A stretch of 53,498 bases of DNA from Macrostomum lignano (lineage: Eukaryota), in contig NIVC01004243.1 in the NCBI GenBank assembly GCA_002269645.1, forward strand, positions 1 through 53,498, written 5' to 3'. A model generated the notes under the pieces. That model worked only from the letters and a program-made list of their open reading frames with translations. It searched no databases and was not told the origin of the DNA. The position numbers and the translations under genes were made by a program. Each line of letters starts with the position of its first letter. Position 1 is the first letter of the stretch. Positions 1 through 10,410 of this stretch are shown piece by piece.

Positions 1-1530
1 ATGTAGGACGTCCTTTGGGATCCCTGTTAGCATGCTGTCTAGCGAGACCTCGGGAGACGGACGCAGCTGGCATGCCACCTTGTTCTCCGGGCCGACTCGC
101 AGAATCTGAAGTCTTTCAGCGCTTCTCGCGGCCAATGATGCAAGCGCCCTCACCGTCGAGCACCAAGAACGGTAGTGTCTCGTGGATCTCGAACACGCTG
201 ACTTGCAGGTCTGCCTTGCCCAGCAATCTCAGCGGCTCTTGGCTTCCGTATGGGTATGAGACCTTGTCGCTGGCGGGCTGCAGCGCGGCTTTTTGCGGCA
301 TCCTGTCGTAGGCCGCCCTGTCGATGATGTTGCAGGCCGCGCCGCTGTCGATGAGCACCTTTGTCTTGAGCCCGTTAATTGTCGCAGGCGTCCAAGTAGA
401 GCCGTAGTTCCTCAGGGTGAATAGCTCGTGCTCGATGGGGTCGTCTTGCAGATATTCGACTCGACCCGGCGGAGCCTCCTCCTGCGGTTCGTCAACGGTC
501 CTCAGAGGGACTTTAGCTGCTCCTCGACACGCCCGAGCGAAATGACCATCTTGCCGCAGCGTCGACACGCCTTGTTACGGGCTGCCTCGCACGTCTGATG
601 CCCTGGTCGCCCGCAGCGATCGCAGTTGATGCCGCTGTCTCTTGCCGCGGCAGCCGGCCTGGTTGTATGGGATGGTCGGTTACGAGGTGGACGCAGCGCC
701 GCCACATTCGAAGCGGAAGGATGCCCGTGTCGGCTGCGGCGCCGATCTCCATGGCCTGGGCCTGCTGCTCCGCTGCCTCCCTCGCTCGGATTCGCTTCAA
801 AACGTCGTCTAAGGAGACATCGTTGAGCTGCAGGAGTTCCCTCCTGATCCTCTCGGACCGGTAATGAGCCACGATCTTGTCCCTGATGAGCGAGTCTCGG
901 AGTTCGCCGAACGTACATTGGTCCGCAGCCTTGCGTAGCCGATGATACCAGGCCTCAATTGACTCTCCTTCCTCCTGCCGGCATATTTCAAACTGGTACC
1001 TGAGGAAGACAACGCTGTTCTTTTGGTCGAAGATACCCTGCAACTTTTTGATGAGCTCCTCCGCGGACTCTCCTTTCTTGACGCCGTTATCGTCCATGAA
1101 GTCTTCCAGCTTCTCGCCCGCAGTGTAAACTAAGAGCTCCAGCTGCTGTGTCGCATCTGTGATGCCAGCTGCGCGTATGTAGCTGTTGAACCTTCGCGTC
1201 CAGGTTTTCCATCGCTGAGCTCTTGTCAGAGGATCGCCTTCGAGGTCAAAGGCGTCTGGTGCCGCGAGTTGCAGGGCCTGTGCCATATTTGCTGAATCAC
1301 CGGTCGTTATCAGTGCGCGGGGGTTGGCCTCACTGAGAGTTTGCTTGCGACGCCATGTAATGACTCAGACTAGCTATTTAGTTTGGCGAGAGAAACGATG
1401 CACTTAAATGAGCCGACTGCTCAATTCAATATATTTATAGGCCCGAGAGCATTGCGTAATAAGAGTATTGCTACGAGTTAGTTCATCGACCAAGCCAAGT
1501 ACATTATTACCGCGCAGAGCGTACACTACA
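1..1530 (-). mobile_element. Ty3/Gypsy LTR retrotransposon, 5' part (5' LTR, PBS, gag, protease), frameshifted; continues past the window start
   Basis: The gag-like ORF is 1286-513. Twin Zn-knuckles CDRCGRPGHQTC and CRRCGKM/GHFARAC are split across frames by shifts near 735 and 545. The aspartic protease motif VLIDSGAACNII is in ORF 568-116. The putative LTR at 1356-1530 reads TGTAGTG...CATTACA on the minus strand and is followed directly by a PBS, TGGCGTCGCAAG. Confidence 0.9.
1356..1530 (-). repeat. Putative 5' LTR (175 bp) of the first Gypsy element
   Basis: TG...CA termini, an adjacent PBS (1344-1355), and a TATA-like CCTATAAATATAT on the minus strand near 1430-1442. The partner LTR is outside the window, so the boundaries are not confirmed by pairing. 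Confidence 0.7.
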
Positions 1531-2895
1531 GACAGGAACTCAGGGGAGGGGAGGACAGGAACTCAGAGGAAGGGAGGACAGGAGCTCAGAGGATGGAAAG
1601 ACAAGAACTCAGAGGAGGGGTGGACAGGAACTCAGAGGAGGGAGGACAGGAACTCAGAGGAGGGGAGGACAGGAACTCAGAGGAGGGGAGGACAGGAACT
1701 CAGCTGAGGGAGGACAGGAGCTCAGAGGAGGGGAGGACAAGAGCTCAGGGGAGGGGAGGACAGGAGCTCAGAGGAGGGGAGGACAGGAGCTCAGGGGAGG
1801 GGAGGACAGGAACTCAGATGAGGGAGGACAGGAGCTCAGGGTAGGGGAGGACAAGAGCTCAGATGAGGAAGGACAGGAACTCAGGGTAGGGAAGGACAGG
1901 AGCTCAGATGAGGGAGGACAGGAACTCAGGGTAGGGAAGGACAGGAGCTCAGATGAGGGAGGACAGGAACTCAGGGGAGGGGAGGACAGGAGCTCAGAGG
2001 AGGGGAGGACAGGAACTCAGAGGAGGGGAGGACAGGAGCTCAGAGGAGGGGAGGACAGGAACTCAGAGGAGGGGAGGACAGGAACTCAGAGGAGGGGAGG
2101 ACAGGAACTCAGATGAGGGAGGACAGGAGCTCAGAGGAGGGGAGGACAGGAGCTCAGGGGAGGGGAGGACAGGAGCTTAGAGGAGGGGAGGACAGGAGCT
2201 CAGGGGAGGGGAGGACAGGAGCTCAGGGGAGGGGAGGACAGGAGCTCAGGGGAGGGGAGGACAGGAACTCAGGGGAGGGGAGGACAGGAACTCAGAGGAG
2301 GGGAGGACAGGAACTCAGGGGAGGGGAGGACAGGAACTCAGAGGAGGGGAGGACAGGAGCTCAGAGGAGGGGAGGACAGGAGCTCAGGGGAGGGGAGGAC
2401 AGGAGCTCAGGGGAGGGGAGGACAGTAGCTCAGGGGAGGGGAGGACAGGAGCTCAGGGGAGGGGAGGACAGGAACTCAGGGGAGGGGAGGACAGGAACTC
2501 AGAGGAGGGGAGAACAGGAGCTCAGAGGAGGGGAGGACAGGAGCTCAGGGGAGGGGAGGACAGGAGCTCAGGGGAGGGGAGGACAGGAACTCAGATGAGG
2601 GAGGACAGGAGCTCAGGGGAGGGGAGGACAGGAGCTCAGGGGAGGGGAGGACAGGAACTCAGGGGAGGGGAGGACAGGAGCTCAGGGGAGGGGAGGACAG
2701 GAGCTCAGGGGAGGGAAGGACAGGAACTCAGGGGAGGGGAGGACAGGAGCTCAGGGGAGGGGAGGACAGGAGCTCAGGGGAGGGGAGGACAGGAGCTCAG
2801 GGGAGGGGAGGACAGGAGCTCAGGGGAGGGGAGGACAGGAACTCAGGGGAGGGGAGGACAGGAACTCAGAGGAGGGGAGGACAGGAGCTCAGAGG
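1531..2895. repeat. 23-bp G-rich minisatellite (GGACAGGARCTCAGRGGAGGGGA)n
   Basis: Directly visible tandem array; it explains the repetitive ORFs at 1468-2598. Confidence 0.95.
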
Positions 2896-2915
2896 ACAAA
2901 GACTGCACTGCTCAC

Positions 2916-5177
2916 CCGCTCAATTTTGACCGTCAGCCGCTTCTTGCGCTGCACCTGCCGCACAGAGAAGACGAGCTCGCCCTGAGACAGCTCGGACTCC
3001 TGCCTGTCCAGGCTGAGGAATTTCCACAGCAGGACTCCTTTCTCCAGCTCCGCCAGGGTCAGGCTGCGCAGCAGGATGACGGCCTCGCCAATCAGCGTGC
3101 TGCTGTCCCCGGTGGTCCGGTCCCACACCTCGATAACGAACGCCTTGTGCTCTTTGAAGTTGTCCTCGAGAAAGTTGCGGATTCGGAATACCTCCTTCCA
3201 CACTGGGTTGCTGGTCAGCATTCGGACTTTGGTCTCCAAGCGGGAGCTGGACGAGGTCGGCAGGAAGCTGACGGTGGCGAAGGCGCAGATTTCGCTGCCG
3301 TTGACTGAGCGAAGATCCTTGGCCTCGATGATCTTCAGGGTGAGCAGCTGCTCCTCGCGATTGTAATGGAAGCTGAGCAGCACCTTGCCGCGGTTCTCGT
3401 CGTCGCCTGTTGAGAGAGATAGTGATTAGGGAGATGACGATGAGAGAGATTATGATTAGAGAGATGATTAGAGAGATGATTAGAGATGATGATTAGAGAG
3501 ATGATGATTAGAGATGATGATTAGAGAGATAATGATTAGAGATGATGATTAGCGAGATGATTAGAGATGATGACTAGAGATTAAGCTTAGATATGATCAT
3601 TAGTGAAATAATGATTAGGGATATGATAATTAGAGATGATGGATAGTGAAATGATAATTAGGGAGACAGGTTATGATCGGAGAGATTACGATCATAGGAA
3701 AGACATGATTTTGAGATCTAGGATTTTGATAAAAGAGACACTGAGAAAAGAAATGATCATAGAGATGATTGGAGAGAGATGATTGAAGAGGGATGATTGG
3801 AGAGAGATGATTGGAGAGAGATGATTGGAGAGAGATGATTGGAGAGAGATGATTGGAGAGAGATGATTGGAGAGAGATGATTGGAGAGAGATGATTGGAG
3901 AGAGATGATTGGAGAGAGATGATTGGAGAGAGATGATTGGAGAGAGATGATTGGAGAGAGATGATTGGAGAGAGATGATTGGAGAGAGATGATTGGAAAG
4001 GGATGATTGGAGAGAGATGATTGGAGAGAGATGATTGGAGAGAGATGATTGGAAAGGGATATTGGAGAGAGATGATTGGATAGAGATGATTGGAGAGAGA
4101 TGATTGGAGAGAGATGATTGGAGAGAGATGATTGGAGAGAGATGATTGGAGAGAGATGATTGGAGAGAGATGATTGGAGAGAGATGATTGGAGAGAGATG
4201 ATTGGAGAGAGATGATTGGAGAGAGATGATTGGAGAGAGATGATTGGATAGAGATGATTGGAGAGAGATGATTGGAGAGAGATGATTGGAGAGAGATGAT
4301 TGGAGAGAGATGATTGGAGAGAGATGATTGGATAGAGATGATTGGAGAGAGATGATTGGAGAGAGATGATTGGAGAGAGATGATTGGAGAGAGATGATTG
4401 GAGAGAGATGATTGGAGAGAGATGATTGGAGAGAGATGATTGGAGAGAGATGATTGGAGAGAGATGATTGGAGAGAGATGATTGGAGAGAGATGATTGGA
4501 GAGAGATGATTGGAGAGAGATGATTGGAGAGAGATGATTGGATAGAGATGATTGGAGAGAGATGATTGGAGAGAGATGATTGGAGAGAGATGATTGGAGA
4601 GAGATGATTGGAGAGAGATGATTGGAGAGAGATGATTGGAGAGAGATGATTGGAAAGGGATGATTGGAGAGAGATGATTGGAGAGAGATGTTTGGAGAGA
4701 GATGATTGGAAAGGGATGATTGGAGAGAGATGATTGGATAGAGATGATTGGAAAGGGATGATTGGAGAGAGATGATTGGAGAGAGATGATTGGAGAGAGA
4801 TGATTGGAGAGAGATGATTGGAGAGAGATGATTGGAAAGGGATGATTGGAGAGTGATCAAAGAGTGGTCAGGTGTCGCAGGAACATGGGGCCCCCGCACC
4901 CACCCTGATGGCTGAGGTCGCCAGCTTGCTCCAGCTGCTGGATGGTGCTGGCATTGTAGGAGCCGATGGAGCTGGCCATGCTGAGCCGGGAGGCGCTCAG
5001 ACTGCCCAGGCTCATCCGGCGCCCTTTGCCGGCGGCGCCGTCCTCGACAGCGGCGCTGTGCCGTTCGAGCTCACGCTGGACGCCGCTGCCGCCCGTGTTG
5101 GAGCGCCGCCGGGACCGCTGCTGATGCGGGAACTGCCCGCCGTTCTGCAGGAAGCCCTTCAAGGAATAGTCGGTCAT
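2916..5177 (-). CDS. Synaptotagmin-like tandem-C2 protein, partial (two exons; C2A and start of C2B)
   Basis: Exon 5177-4904 ends at donor G|GTGGGT (phase 1). Exon 3406-2916 has acceptor CAACAG|GC and donor CGG|GTGAGC. The phases match. Translation GKVLLSFHYNREEQLLTLKIIEAKDL...TSNPVWKEVF...IEVWD...LIGEAVI...QGELVFSVRQVQRKKRLTVKIER is a typical synaptotagmin C2A plus C2B start. Downstream exons are not in the window, and the start codon is uncertain. Confidence 0.8.
3413..4856. repeat. Intronic 14-bp minisatellite (GATGATTGGAGAGA)n with a degenerate left part (3413-3765)
   Basis: Visible tandem array; the 14-aa period in ORF 3757-4899 equals 3 units. Confidence 0.95.
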
Positions 5178-6119
5178 GGCTTGATGAAGCTGAGCTCTCT
5201 TATTTTGATGCCTCTCGTTTCGCCTGCCGCGTTTATAACTTAAGTTTTCTCAGTGTTATTTTGCTCCATTCTATTGGCTCGGGGTAGAGAGAGAAGCTTA
5301 AAATGGCTGAGATTTATTCGTCAGCTGGGCGGAATGCGCTGGATTCTCAGCCGCCGTCCCTGAGTGCAACAGCTTCAAGTTTATTATTGAGTTGCCTTTA
5401 ATTTTGCTCTAGCTAGAGAACAGCCTAGTCAGCCCTACTGAGACCTGCAAATGGAGGCCAGGAGGGGGCACAGGGGTCATGACCCCCTCACAATGGGCCG
5501 ATTGCATTTGAGATCCTTCCTGTTGCTCTCTCCCTCCTATAGGCCCGAAGTAAATAATTACGCCTAGCTAAATTAATTACACAACATATCGGGTGATCTT
5601 AACTGTCACTCTGGGTTTCTCTGCTTACACATTGCTCACAGTCACTCCACTGGGCTCCCATAATTTTTTGTTTACATCGAATTGAAGCTTTTGAGCTCAC
5701 TGTTTATGCCAAAAATAGCATTAGTTGGGCCTGTGCCTCTGTGTGTATGCAGCAATGCAGGGACAGTGAGAAACCACATACACTGTACAGTGCTGCATAA
5801 CAATAGATAACAATTTCTCTCTTTGAATGCGGTACAGACAGTTTATTTAAGTAGTAAGGAGCGCATTGAGTAGCATGAATTTTTCGAATACATATACTGT
5901 ATATTCTCATATTCTCAATTGTTTTCTATTAATTGATAATTACTTCTCAAATATACCGGTTTGTGAGTTCTTATCGGGGCTTCATAGAGACTAAAAGTCT
6001 GCTAAACTGCAATAAGTATTGAAAATTGTCAATAAGAGACTTGGTGACTGCTGACACAAATATTTGATGCACAGTTAGTCAGTTTGAGGGTAAGGTAGCG
6101 TATATTCACGTGGCTATCA

Positions 6120-6412
6120 TCAATTTCCATCAGTTATCCAGTGGTTTCCATCAGTTATCTAACGGTTTCCATCAATTATTATCCTACGACTTCAATCAAT
6201 TATCCTACGACTTCAATCAATTATCCTACGACTTCAATCAATTATCCTACGACTTCAATCAATTATCCTACGACTTCCATCAATTATCCTACGACTTCCA
6301 TCAATTATCCTACGACTTCAATCAATTATCCTACGACTTCAATCAATTATCCTACGACTTCCATGAATTATCCTACGACTTCCATCAATTATCCTACGAC
6401 TTCCATGAATTA
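6120..6412. repeat. 21-bp minisatellite (TCAATTATCCTACGACTTCMA)n just 3' of the DEG/ENaC stop
   Basis: Visible tandem array. Confidence 0.95.
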
Positions 6413-6456
6413 TCCCCCGGTACTATCAATCAGGCTGCACTTTCCGAACCCCTCGT

Positions 6457-8740
6457 CTACTCGCCCAGCCCTCTGCAGCAGCTTCTCATCAGCTGGGACA
6501 GCAGGTCGGCCAGCTCAAACATGGTCAGGATGCTCAACCCCAACCAGAAGCCGCCCTGGCCGCCGCAGTCGCTCAGCAGGTCCTTGAGCTCGTAGCTTGG
6601 CGAGTCCTCAACCCGGTAGACTTTCAGGTGCTCGGCGAAGATGCTAACGCGCAGGAAGTTGCCGCGGGCGAAGTCCAGCAGCATGTTGTCAGCCTTCGCC
6701 TTGGCTACGTCGTTGGCGTAGCCGCTGGCCGTGGCGAGCTCGATGAGCCGTGGCAGGTAGGACAGCGCCGGGAACTGGCCGTAACTGCTGGTCGCCCTGT
6801 ACACCCGCCGGCTGCAGGGAAATTTGCACCTCTCCAAGCAGTCGACCCCGCCAGTCAGCAGCTTCTCGTAGCAGGACTTCTCGGTGACGTTGCCGCGGAT
6901 CAGCATGGCGGAGCGCAGCTCGCAGGGCCGCTTGCTGTTCCGCAGGGAGTTGCTGGCGTAGCTGCAGGACAGGTAGCAGCCGCAGGTGCTCAGGGCCGCC
7001 TGCTGCATGCAGGTGCGCAGGCAGGCCTGGTGGCTGTAGCCGACCTCAGCCGCTGCCGGCGGACTTTCCGCCCCAACGGCAACGGAGGCGTTCACGTAAG
7101 CATTCAGCTGGCGGTTCTCCTCGTCCGTGTAGATCTTGCAGGTGCCGTAGGGCGGCGGCAGGGTGTCGATTCGGTGGAAGCTGAGGCCGATCTGCGCCGA
7201 GCTGCCGGGGCTCAGGTGGAAGCCGGCGGCCTCGGCAAACGGATAGGTGTGCGGCTCGTGGATCAGGATCCGGAAGCCGGCGTCTCCGTAACCATTGTCA
7301 ACATAGTCGGACTGGTTCAGGGCCAGCGTCATCTGCAAGCTGTTGAATGGCCCGTAGCTGGCCATCCTCCAGCTGCCGTTCAGGTTGATGGTGTAGCAGA
7401 AGCCGAAGGCGGCATTGCGGAAGGTGACGAAGTCCTTGGGCGTGCACTGCATGCCCAGGTAGGAGCAGTCGAGCAGAATCCGCTGCAGTCTCACGGAGAC
7501 GCCGGCCAGCAGGGAGTCGTTGACCTGGTTGATCCCCATGGCGTAGCTGCCCATCAGGAAGTTTTCCTTGGACGGCACGTTCGAGGTGGTGAGGCGCCAC
7601 TTCTCTTCGCAGGTCATGTTGCCCGGCAGGCTGCTGCTGTTGGTGCTGGCGGATCCGGGTGGCGCGGTCGAGAAGATGTAGCCCATGACTTCAGTCAGGG
7701 CCTTCATGTTGGCCTGTGTGCTGAAGTTCGACAGGCCGTTGATGGGACAGATCGTGACCGCCGGGAACTGCACGCTGGTGACGTCCTCCTCGTAGCGCCT
7801 GGTGGCCACCGGGAACTGCGAGAACTTGATGGCCAGCTGGCTGATCTGCCGGTAGGGTCGGGGGTTCGAATTTCTGATTGAGGTTTCAGTTCCGGTGCTG
7901 GTGCTTCGGCTTTTAGAGACAGTTTTGTGTTTTAGGGCCAGCTTGGATTGGGACTTATAGTAGGGTTCCGGGTAAGGTTCCTAGTAGTGTTTTGGGTAGG
8001 GTTTCGGGCAGGGCTTCGGGTAGGGTTTCGGGTAGGGTTTTGGGTAGGGTTTCGGGCAAGGTTTCGGGTAGGGTTTTAGGTAAGGTTTCGGTTAGGGTTC
8101 CTAGTAGTGTTTTGGGTAGGGTTTCGGGTAGGGTTCCGGGCAGGGTTTCTGGTAGGGTTTTAGGTAAGGTTTCGGTTAGGGTTTCGGGTAGGGTTCCTAG
8201 TAGTGTTTTGGGTAGGGTTTCGGGTAGGGATTTGAGTAGGGTTCCTAGTAGGGTTTCGGGTAAGGTTTCGGTAGGATTTCGGGTAGAGTCTCGGGTTAAT
8301 TCAGTTTCGGTTTCGGTTAAGGTTTCGGTTTCTAGTAGAGTTTCAGGTAGGCTTTCGGGTAGGCTTTCGGGTAGACTACTAGACTAGTACTAGACTACAA
8401 GCGTTTCGGGTAGGGTCTGGAGTTGATATCCTACCTGGTAGGCAAAGAAGCCGACCGAGCACACCAGCAGGCAGGTCCAGACAATGCGCCTCATCGCCGA
8501 TGGAGCATCGGCCTCATCCTCGGTCAGCTTCCCAATCCCGTGCATGCTGGTGGTGCGGGCCCACTGCGTGACGGCGAGCCGCATCTTGGCCGAGCTGGCC
8601 GAATAGACGGAGGAGCGGCCGGGGCTGTCGGTGGACGAAGCGGTGTCGGCGGCGGCGGCCCAGGCCTCCCGCGCCTTGGCCTGCTGGCCCTCGCTCAGGG
8701 TGAAGACGGGGCAGTCCGCCTCACCCGGCAGTGGCTTCAT
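6457..8740 (-). CDS. DEG/ENaC (ASIC/FaNaC superfamily) ion channel subunit, 2 exons, about 564 aa
   Basis: Exon 8740-8435 runs from ATG through the pre-TM1 TTSMHGI motif and TM1 to donor CAG|GTAGGA. Exon 7845-6457 starts at acceptor GGCAG|ATC in phase 0. It contains FPAVTICPIN, GFCYTIN, GFRILIHEP, the Cys-rich thumb CLRTCMQQ..CGC..CKFPC, and TM2 LLSDCGGQGGFWLGLSILTMFE. Confidence 0.93.
7962..8420. repeat. G-rich, about 12-bp degenerate repeat (GGGTAGGGTTTC)n in the DEG/ENaC intron
   Basis: Visible array with regularly spaced GGG tracts. Confidence 0.85.
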
Positions 8741-9329
8741 CTCTTCCGGCTGTTGCGGTTTTAAAAATTTTAACACAAAAGGAAAATTGAAGTTGAAACA
8801 TGAAACTCCCAGAAATTTTTTGACCAGCCCGGCATTAAATCCCGCAGCGCTGGACACTCCCCCCAGCCAGGTGGAAAACTTGGAGAGTGTTTGCTCAGCT
8901 GGCCGCGCTCCCAAGCTGCTGGGCCTCGCTGGAGCTGACTGGCTGACGGGCTGACTGGAACCAGAAATTCAAATTGCAAAAAGTATATCAATTCCACTGG
9001 GCAAACACTGCCAGCGAGAGCCGGGGGTTTCACCATAGCTGACCAAATCCTCAACTGCTGGTTGCTGGGGCATCAGCGCAAGTAGGAGGAGAGGAGAGGA
9101 GAGGAGAGGGTCCAATGCTGCCACCAGCTGTCACTTGTCAGAAGTGTGAACACTGAGCCAGCGGAAATGATTGATTAGTATGTAGAATCGGGTTGGTGAA
9201 TTCATTTATTTAACTTTTGTTTGTTTTTGCAATTATTGATAATATATGCCAAGTGGCACTTTGCGGATTAGCGAACTCAGTTAGAAAGAGCGCTATTTAA
9301 TCCACGATTACTCTCGATTTTATTATAGA

Positions 9330-9640
9330 AGCTCACTTTCACCATTCACTCCCAAGGTTCACTCACAAGGTTCACTCTCAATTTTCACTCTCAATTTTCA
9401 CTCTCTGAAGTTCACTATCAGGGTTCACTCTCAGGGTCCACTCTCAGGGTTCACAAGGTTCACTGTCAGGGTTCACTCTCAAGGTTCACTACCAAGGTTC
9501 ACTCTCAGGTTCACTGCCAAGTTTCACTCTCAAGTTTCACTCTCAAGTTTCACTCTCAATTTGCACTCCAAAGAGTGAATACACTCCCAAGGTTCACTCT
9601 AAGGATTCACTCCCAAGTTCATTCTCAAGCATCACTCTCG
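9330..9640. repeat. Degenerate, about 13-bp repeat (AAGGTTCACTCTC-like)
   Basis: Repeated TTCACTCTC core. Confidence 0.7.
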
Positions 9641-10410
9641 GAGTTCAGAAAGCGCAAGACAAGTTCACTTTTCAGACTTAAAAATTCTATTCAGACTTCC
9701 TGATTCTATGCAGACTACTCATTGGCTCAGCGTCAGTATGGCGCATGGCAAGAAATATTTTATTTTCAGGACAACAGACGCGTTGGCGCAGAGCCACTCT
9801 GCCCCTCTAGTTCTTAGTTAGTTAGTTAAATTTAAATAATTTTCATGCCCCTTCGGGCTACTATCGAACAGTAGCTTAAACGAGTATTAATATCGGAATA
9901 CGGAGTGAACTATCAAAAGTTTTAGCATCTGTGTTTCCAAAGATACGTATGTTTTAAGGCCCTTGTTTAACCTAGTTTAATAATGCAAATAATAAATTAC
10001 AGCTATGAAGATAATTCTAGACTCAACAGCTGCACACAGCGCGCACCTATGTAAGAAATTAAGCCACGAGAACGAGATAAGAAGCCAGTCCATCTTGTAC
10101 AGGCAGAGCTGCAATATGAAAAAACACTGTACACTGAAATCTCTACCCGCCAACCCACTTTGCTCAGGCGTAGCAACCAAGCTGGACTGCACTGGGACAG
10201 ACTGGAGTGCTGCGCTGCCATATCGATTGAGAGAGCGAGACTGCCGCCGTCCCTTCCTTCCCTCCCCGCCCTGCGCCAGCCAGCCCCAGCCCCCCCCCAG
10301 TGCCCTGCAGTACTGTAAATAGGCGTTCTCGCCTTATGCAGTGCACTCTCCGCTGTTGAGACTGAACTGATAGACAGGCAGACAGGCGAGTTGCCAGGCC
10401 AGCTGCTGTC

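Noticed and set aside
6560-6600. Possible bulky residue at the degenerin site (Asp in YELKDLL)
   Set aside because: The deg position is the residue immediately before the conserved TM2 Asp; here it is Ser (LLSD), i.e. normal.
6628-7881. 417-aa plus-strand ORF (also 4872-5243, 20893-21711, 2595-3308)
   Set aside because: These are antisense shadows of GC-rich coding exons with no recognisable domain.
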